From Azolla caroliniana (Eukaryota; Plantae; Polypodiophyta): a stretch of 64,000 bases of DNA. Position numbers and translations under genes: made by a program. The notes beneath the pieces are model-generated. The model was not told the origin of the DNA and made no database searches. It saw only the letters and a program-made list of their open reading frames with translations. Below are positions 56,290-64,000 of the stretch, piece by piece. How positions within the stretch are numbered: the first letter of the stretch is position 1; each line of letters starts with the position of its first letter. Location: positions 20,708,001 through 20,772,000 of the forward strand of contig JBHGNT010000006.1 of the NCBI GenBank assembly GCA_043228905.1, in the 5' to 3' direction.

Positions 56290-57133
56290 AGCACATCCTT
56301 AACCCTATTTTTCAATCTTTCTTCATATGCTTTACGACGAGCATTTTGTTGTAGATAGTACAATCTTCACTCACAAAGCATTGCGTACCTTTGAGGTATA
56401 CCCAACTATTTTCAAATATGATATGCCGCTTTGTATCATCCGTCATTCTGCAAACAATAGGCCTTTCTCCAGAGCGAGTAACACCATTTTTCCCTACTCG
56501 GTGTGCCCCATATACATTCACATCCAACATCCCATAATGCATGCTAAAACATTCACTAATGGCCTTTCCAAGAGATGCGGGTGTTTCTATACTCTCCTCA
56601 TTAATCCCATGGATGATAGTGTTCTTTGATCATCGTTCACATTCTTTCAATTCTCGGACATCTATGCTTTCTATATTCGCCCCTTGATGCCTCACATAGA
56701 TATTAGATGAGTTTGATACCACATCCCCACCATATACATCGGCCCATGTCTTTTTTGTACATACATTTTTCATCTCACTTACATCCCACCTCATCGTGTC
56801 CAATTTTTCTTCTTTTAATGCTTCCTTTAACTCAATCTTGTTAAGGCACTCATTTGTTTCAAAAGAATCTTTCTTACATTCTTGAATATTATCTTCAAGT
56901 TTTGCAACCAATTTCTTAAGACTTTCATTCTCAATGACAACAATTTGGAGCTTAGCATTCTCTTTCATTAACGTCCTAATCTCTTCACCTTACTTGTTTA
57001 TGGTTTCTTGAAGAGGAATCAAGTGACTCATAAGCATTTTGTCTATTGCATTGGAATCAAGATTTGTTGGTGATCTCGGCTCATTATTAATCATACTCCT
57101 GAACTTTGTGGCGGCTTTATGAGTGTTAGCCAT
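56290..57133 (-). pseudogene. LINE ORF1 (coiled coil plus RRM-like domain)
   Basis: ATG at 57133, a heptad-rich segment, then AHRVG...RPIVCRM...LKGT..FVSED. Confidence 0.75.
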
Positions 57134-57180
57134 TGTAGGACCAAACCCTACGGGAAGAAAGAGAGAGAGAGATAGCCTAG

Positions 57181-60100
57181 ATGGACCCTCTTGTTTTGCG
57201 TGTCTCGACCTTCTCGGTTGGTATGTTTGCTCAATAGGCCCCTCTTAGCTCCTTTGCTACTATGAATCCGGTGCTTATCGATCCGTTGGTTCCTCCGCGA
57301 TGGCATCGACTTCCGCTTCATCCGTGTCTGCTTGGCCTTGAATTGATCCGGTTCTTCCGAATTTGTCTTTTGAACCAATTCGTTCCAGCTCTTGTCCGGA
57401 TTGGTTGCTCCCGATTCGTCTTCTGGTTCCAAGCCCTTCACCACATCGGACCATGTCCGGGTCTTGGCCTTCTTCCTTCGGTCGGCTCTGTCCTTCTTGA
57501 CTCTGCCGCCTTCTGTTCTTCCCTCACCGGCGCAATCGGTAGTCTCTTTGCCCTTGCCCGTTCCGGTGTCTTTGCCCATTCTCCCCCTCAAGTGTGGCAC
57601 GTCGAAATGCTGAACACCAAGCATTTCGGTGAAGTGCTGCAACTTGTCCGATCCAAGCGGTTTGATGAAGATGTCGGCAACTTGCTGATCCGTGTGAACA
57701 TAGCGAAGTTCGACCTCACCGCTCAAGACACGCTCACGCACAAAGTGATAGTGCACTTTGATGTGCTTTGTGCGAGCATGGAAGATGGGGTTCTTGGCGA
57801 GTTGCATGTTGCTGATGTTGTCGCAGTAGACTAGAATCGAGGTCGGAACCTCGATCCGTAGGTCTTGCAGCAGTTGCCGAAGCCAAATGGCTTCACAGGT
57901 GGCAAGGGTAGCGCAACGATACTCAGCCTTAGTGCTCGACAGAGCAACTGTTGGCTGCTTTTTGCTGCTCCACGCAACAATCGCACTATCTAGGGAAAAC
58001 ATGTAACCGGAGGTTGATCGGCGATCTGATACATCGTCGGCCCAATCGGCATCCGTGTAACCGATGAGCTCTTTAGGTATACCGCGCCGGTATAACAGTC
58101 CCCGGTCCTTCGTGCTGCTGACATACCGCAATATCCTTTGCGCGCACTGAAGGTGCTCCACGGTTGGCTTCTGCATGAACTGACTTATCATTCCGACTGG
58201 ATAGCTGATGTCAGGTTGCGTGATAGTCAAGTAAATAAGGCTTCTGACAATTTGTCGGAACCGTTGCTCGTTGCAGGTCGGTCCGGAGTTGGGACGAAGC
58301 TTCTGGTTCTGGTCCAAGGGTGTGGATACAGGTCGGCATTCGTCATGCCAAACTTGTACAACATATTCAAGACGTAATGTCGTTGTGAGAGCAATATGTC
58401 GTCTGGGGTTCGGATCACCTCGATCCCCAGAAAATAATGAAGGTCCCCCAGATCCTTCATCTCAAATGCATCCGACAACTGGGACTTGACACGGTTGATT
58501 TCTAGAACACCCGATCCGGTGAGGACTAGATCATCAACATACAATAGTATACATACTGGACCAGCTGAACCTTGTCGGATGAACAATGAAGAGTCCGATT
58601 TGGAGGCCACAAACCCCATCTTACACAACCGGTGCGTGATCTTCGCATTCCAAGCTCGAAGGGCTTGCTTCAGGCCGTACAACGATTTCTTCAGCCGGCA
58701 TACTGCCCACTTGTTCATCCCCGATTGAAAACTGGGAGGTTGAGTCATAAAGACTTCTTCTTCAAGATCACCTTGAAGAAATGCATTCTTCACATCCATC
58801 TGATGAAGATGCCACCCCCTTGCCACAGCAACCGCCAGCACCACTCAAACCGTCGTCATCTTCGCTACAAGAGCGAAGGTCTCATTGTAGTCGATTCCGT
58901 GGGTCTACGCGTATCCCTTCGCCACTAACTAGGCTTTATACCGGTTAACAGAACCGTCGGCGTTGTACTTTACCTTGTATATCCACTTGCATCCGATCGG
59001 TTTACAGTGACGAGGAGGGTCAACCAGTTCCCATGTCTCGTTGACATCAAGTGCCCACATTTCTTCCTCCATAGCGGCACGCCAATTTGCGTCCTTGGCC
59101 GCTTCTACGTAGCTCTTCGGCTCACGCACCTCCGCCACCTTAGTCATGTATGCATAGTGATGCGCCATGTACTCATTGTACCCGTACCGCTTGACGGGAT
59201 CCTTCTGGCAGGTGGACCGGCGTAACTCATTGTTACCCGGTTTGAGGCCCTTCTTGGCCAGTTCGGTCTTCATTGCCAAAGATCCGCCTTTCTCCTTGCC
59301 GAAGTGGGATGCACACTGATCTAACTCAGCGTTGCCGGTTTCGAATTCCAGCATCTTCTTCTTCCCTCTCTTTGCGCGTGAACCGTCTCCTCGGTTACTT
59401 GCGCAGGGAGTGCACGATAGAGTCTCCACTACTCGTCGGTTCCTCATTGGACTAGTCAAATTGACTCAGTCTCTCGTTCGGCCCGCTCAACCGAAACGAT
59501 TCTAGACTCTCATCCTGAGTCCACGCTTCATCATCCTCTACCTGGGCCGGTTCAGGCTCACTAGCCTCATCCTCCGGGATCGGGTCAAATTCGGAAGTCG
59601 GAGTCGGTAAGGAGTACCACGATGCCGATTCATCAACCTCGACATCTCGACTAACTCGAACCTGCCTTGTCCGGGGGTTATAACACTTATAACCCTTTTG
59701 TTCTTGAGCATAGCTGACTAGGATGCACTTTTCTGATTTGGCATCCAGCTTCCTCCGCTTCTCATCTAGTACATGCACATATGCAATGCTACCGAAGATC
59801 TTAAGGTGTCTCAAATTCGGCTTCTGCCCGAAATACAGCTCGTGAGCTAACACCTTGTCACCGATCTTGTTTTGGATGTAGACAGGCGTTCAGACTACCT
59901 CCGCCCAGAAGAATTTGGGCATGCTCTTCTCCTCTAGCATTGCCCTTGCCGCATCGATAAGCGACCGGTTCTTCCTCTCGACAACACTGTTCTGTTGCGG
60001 TGTGTATCTGCAGCTGAACTCTCGTCGAATTCCCGTTTGCTGCAGATAACTGTTGAATTGGCCGGAAAAGTATTCTTTCCCGCCATCCGACCGTAGGCAT

Positions 60101-62387
60101 TTGATCTTCCTCTCCGATTCCCGTTCCACCATGCTTTGGAGGCTCCGGAAGCACTCGAAGACTTCACTCTTCCGCTCAATGAGGTAGATCCATGTGTGCC
60201 GCGTATAGTCGTCGATGAAGGAGACGAAATATCGACTCCCGCCAAGACTAACATTCTGTGTCGGTCCCCACACATCCGAATGGATTAGGTCGAGCTTGTT
60301 ACGGCTCCGGTTACCTTCGGTAGGGAATGGAAGCCGGTGTTGCTTCCCAAGTTGGCAGGCTTCACATACTTGGGCCTTCCAGCCGCTGAACTTCGGCAAA
60401 CCGAAAACAACTTGTTTCGTTTGTAGGTCTTGAAGCCTCCGGTAATTGATGTGGCCTATCCGCTTGTGCCACAGGTCGATGTCCGATTCGACCTTCTGTC
60501 CTTTTGCAAACAGAGTGGTGCCAACGTCATTGGTGTCGAGGATAAACATCCTCCAGTCTCTGCGCCCTTGCGCAATAATCTGGCCCTCTTCCTCGATGAA
60601 GCACCCAAGGTGCGCAAACCACACCTGCATTCCCTGGTCGACGATCTGTCCGACTGACACTAGGTTCTTCGTGATTGTTGGAATGTGTAATACGTTCATC
60701 AGCTTCCCCTTCTGTCCGACGTGGCTCAAAGGGACTTCTCTGATGTGCACAATTAGGTGAGGAGTGTCGTCTCCGGTTTTAACTACTCTTGGTTGATCCG
60801 GTTTCTCCAAAAAGGAGAACCACTCTTTGTGGCTCGTCATGTGGTTCGACACACCAGAATCAACATACCACACTTCCTCCGGTTTGGAAGTGGTCTTCTT
60901 CATCGAGTTCGCCTCGTGCTTCATTACCAAGGCTGGCCCGTTACCGTTCTTGGATCCTCCCGATCCCTTCGCGTAGTGCGAGCTTTGTCGGCCATCCTTG
61001 CCGGCCTTGCCGGATCCGGATTTGTCCGAATCGGTTCATTTTCTCCGACACTCGCTTTCTCTGTGGCCCTTTTTGCCACAGTACCAGCATTCCGTTGCTG
61101 ACTTCTCTTGTCGTCTTCCGGTGTCGCCATGACTCCCCCTGCTTGTGGGAGTCCCGGAACTGATTTCGGCACATTCTCTGTGCCTTCGTTCTTGGTCTTG
61201 CCAGCTGCCTCCATTGCGTGCCGACCCGCCTTGTCCACCACGCCCACGGGACCGATCCGCCTCCGTGTACATCATCCGGCTGTCAATGGGTGCGCTAGTT
61301 GACGTACCGGCGTGGTTCTCCTCTACAAGGAGCATCGACCGTAAGTCAAAAAATGATGGTGTATTCTCCCTTGTACACACTGTCGTTCGGAACTCTCTGA
61401 ACTTAGACGCCAGGCCCCTAAGACAGACATGTACCATCTCGTCTTCCTCTACGGTAACGTTGATAGAGGCAAGCGAGTCACAGATCTCTTTGATCCGGGT
61501 CGTGTAATCCACCACTGACATGTCCTTCTGTCAGACATTGCTCAACTCCTGTCAGAGTTGCAGCTTCTGGGTTGTAGTGCTCTCGGCGAAAAACTTCTTT
61601 AGGTTCCCCCAAGCCTCCTTCGACGTTTTGGCGTCTCGGATGTGGCTCAGCAGCTGGTCTCCGACACTGGACCTGAAGCAGTACATCCCTCTGCTTGCCG
61701 ATTGTTCCCACACTGGGAAGTCCTTATGTGCCGCATTAGGTGTTGTTTCGTTGGCTCCTTCGACGAAACTCCAGTAGCCATGCCCAAGCAGGTACTAGTG
61801 CATCTTATATGACCAAGATGCATAGTTGGATCTGTCGAGTTTGCCCACAGGGAGCGAGCTAGCCATCCCTCTATCCATCACTTCTCTATCTGCTGTTTTA
61901 CGACCTGTTAGGGTTTGCTTTCAAGCGTTTGTCGGCTACAGAGGAGGTTCTCAACCCTCTCGCTCTGATACCATGTAAATGATTACTTGCGGAAGCGTTA
62001 GAAAACAAAGAAGGTAGGGAATACATAGAGTACAAGGGAGAGACAGAGAGAGCAGAACGTAAACGCTATATTCAAAAACAATATATTCACTCTGTACATA
62101 CAACTATGTTCAGTAGCACTATTTATACAAGTCCTTGTGGGACTGACAGAAGTACCGCGTACTTCAATGCTCACACAAGCATCTGACACTTACTACGAGA
62201 CTATAATTGCCTAGTAGTCTACACTAATACTAGGCTTCCGATTACTGATTGGATCTGGCTAACCGGCTCCCTAGCTCACCGGCTCTGTTGCTTGCCGGCT
62301 CGGTTGCTCATAGCTTACCGATCCGTCTCGCTTGTTGGCTCATGCTTATTCAGCCGATCCGGCTCTAGTTGAGCTTGCCGCTCAACA
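57181..62387 (-). mobile_element. Ty1/Copia element G (related to D); 3' LTR missing
   Basis: 5' LTR 61974-62387 with abutting PBS at 61962-61973. Gag-pol fragments are collinear with D. Truncated near 57181 against the LINE 5' end. Confidence 0.88.
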
Positions 62388-62392
62388 AATGA

Positions 62393-62900
62393 TTACAGAC
62401 CAAAATGCTCATAACTTCTCGCCACGGTTACAAATCAAAATCTACCTTGCGGTTGAGGAACCATGGGACAAAGATGGTTACAGACCAAAATGCTCATAAC
62501 TTCTCGCCACGGTAACAGAATTCAGTAAATGAACATTCCTTAGAAAGCTCTGTAAAAGAGCTTTCCAACAAACTATAGAATGAAGAGAGAGAGAGAGAGA
62601 GAGAGAGATTATATTATCGTCTTTGGAGGTCAAATATGACCCATGATACCAAAAAAATTACATTTCACGTGATATGTGTGAAAGTGAGTAGTGATTCTCG
62701 ATGTTCAAGAACTTTACCAATGAATGTGCATATTGAGAGAGAGAGAGAGAGAGAGATTATATTATCGTCTTTGGAGGTCAAATATGACCCATGATACCAA
62801 AAAAATTACATTTCACGTGATATGTGTGAAAGTGAGTAGTGATTCTCGATGTTCAAGAACTTTACCAATGAATGTGAATATTGAGAGAGAGAGAGAGAGA
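62393..62900. repeat. Local duplications: 36-bp direct repeat (62393/62478) and ~150-bp tandem duplication between (GA)n tracts (62585-62900)
   Basis: Seen directly. Confidence 0.85.
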
Positions 62901-64000
62901 GTAACTAACAAATTGATTGAACAAATCGACATCTCCTAGAATTAAATACTCCGTACAACTTTACCTAGGAATGTGAATTGACAACCTCAAATGTAATTGA
63001 TTACATGAGGGTCTGCTAGACACAGACATAATAGTGGTATGATGTGCAATGCTTATTGTTACTTGAATTGAAAAACTAATTGAATGTGATTATTAATTTT
63101 ATGACAAGTGAAGATCAACTTTTTAGTCCCAAATATTGGATTAATTTGAATTTGTTATGTTTTTTCTCCTCATCAAATTAATACTAGAATTTTAGCCAAA
63201 AGTTGGTACACGATATATATGGGTATACCGTGTATATATAATCAACAAAACATAAAGCAACGAATGATGTAATCGAGGCAAATAACCTCTACACATATAA
63301 AATCCAGAAAAAAAAGTGAACGTAATATGCAATTGAGGTATTGATCTCTTACGCATACGACACACATAGCATATCAAATACATGGCAGTTGAGGTATTTA
63401 CTATTGACCTCCTATGCATACATAACATATGTACGTTTTATACGAAAAACTATGACCACTACAATATCATTGAATGATTAATATTTTAATCCATCAACTA
63501 ATACATGATTAAGAATGGGAAAAGAATGAATAGAATAAAAAACATTATTATTCATGTGAAAATAAAAGGAAGTACCAAAGTTACTTTGTCAATGACTTCT
63601 TGGATCATATGATCCTTTTCTCTTATATCAACTTTGTTGAATCACTAGAAAACTAGATAAACGATTTATAGTTCCAACCGTTGGATCATAATAACAAATA
63701 GATTACAAGTAAACTTCAACCATGCATCTTGCCAATGCTAAAGTATGATCCTTACCTAAATTTATGGCCTCTTCGTCCATCTTAAGGTGATTTTATATCT
63801 ACAATAGTGAGTTCGCACTAGTACAAAAGCCCACCTTTGAACCCTATGCTTGACAAGTCTTCAAGTCATGTATTATAATTATCGATGTAGGCAACACCAT
63901 GTATGATTGTGTGGCTTGGTAGGCTTAGATGGGTGATGTATGCGTTACCTTGTGTAAAATTCAATAAATTTTAAACTTGATGTAACATTTGTTAATTTCT

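Larger units (their letters stand above)
42670..57180 (-). mobile_element. Degenerate non-LTR retrotransposon (LINE), RTE-X-like, interrupted by a solo LTR and locus F; 3' end approximate
   Basis: ORF1, APE, RT and a C-terminal Cys/His motif occur in order on the - strand. The frame rejoins across F (CEKTIEDNK) and across the solo LTR (GKRAYG). Confidence 0.85.

Noticed and set aside
62900-64000. Short ORF 63192-63428 and AT-rich end of the window
   Set aside because: No motifs, structure or coding bias visible.

Overview
Plant nuclear DNA, probably from a non-seed plant such as a fern or lycophyte (inferred from the Tcn1-like chromovirus, the FLDD-type Gypsy elements and the RTE-X-like LINE). 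The only host gene is the first exon of an Mpv17/PMP22-family gene (662-985, - strand). The rest is nested transposable elements. Nest 1: Copia A (5163-41604) holds Gypsy B1 (8231-39607). B1 holds Copia C1 (11309-16679), Copia D (~17262-22858) and Gypsy B2 (25566-38876), and B2 holds an intact Copia C2 (28861-34443). Nest 2: an RTE-X-like LINE (~42670-57180) is interrupted by a solo LTR and by a rearranged tandem chromovirus locus F (45706-55402), followed by a truncated Copia G (~57181-62387). There are also a hAT-type MITE and another solo LTR. Most notable: (1) a tRNA-like A-box/B-box module with identical spacing in the U3 of three Gypsy families whose LTRs look otherwise dissimilar, always facing away from the Pol II promoter; (2) Gypsy B elements with a tRNA-Trp PBS, 4-bp TSDs and a conserved -1 frameshift pseudoknot after the protease; (3) a self-priming chromovirus rearranged into a potential hairpin/antisense locus; (4) Copia D/G pol with a long in-frame tail after RNase H; (5) a 96-bp target duplication at a damaged end of Copia A. 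All coordinates and counts were read by eye.
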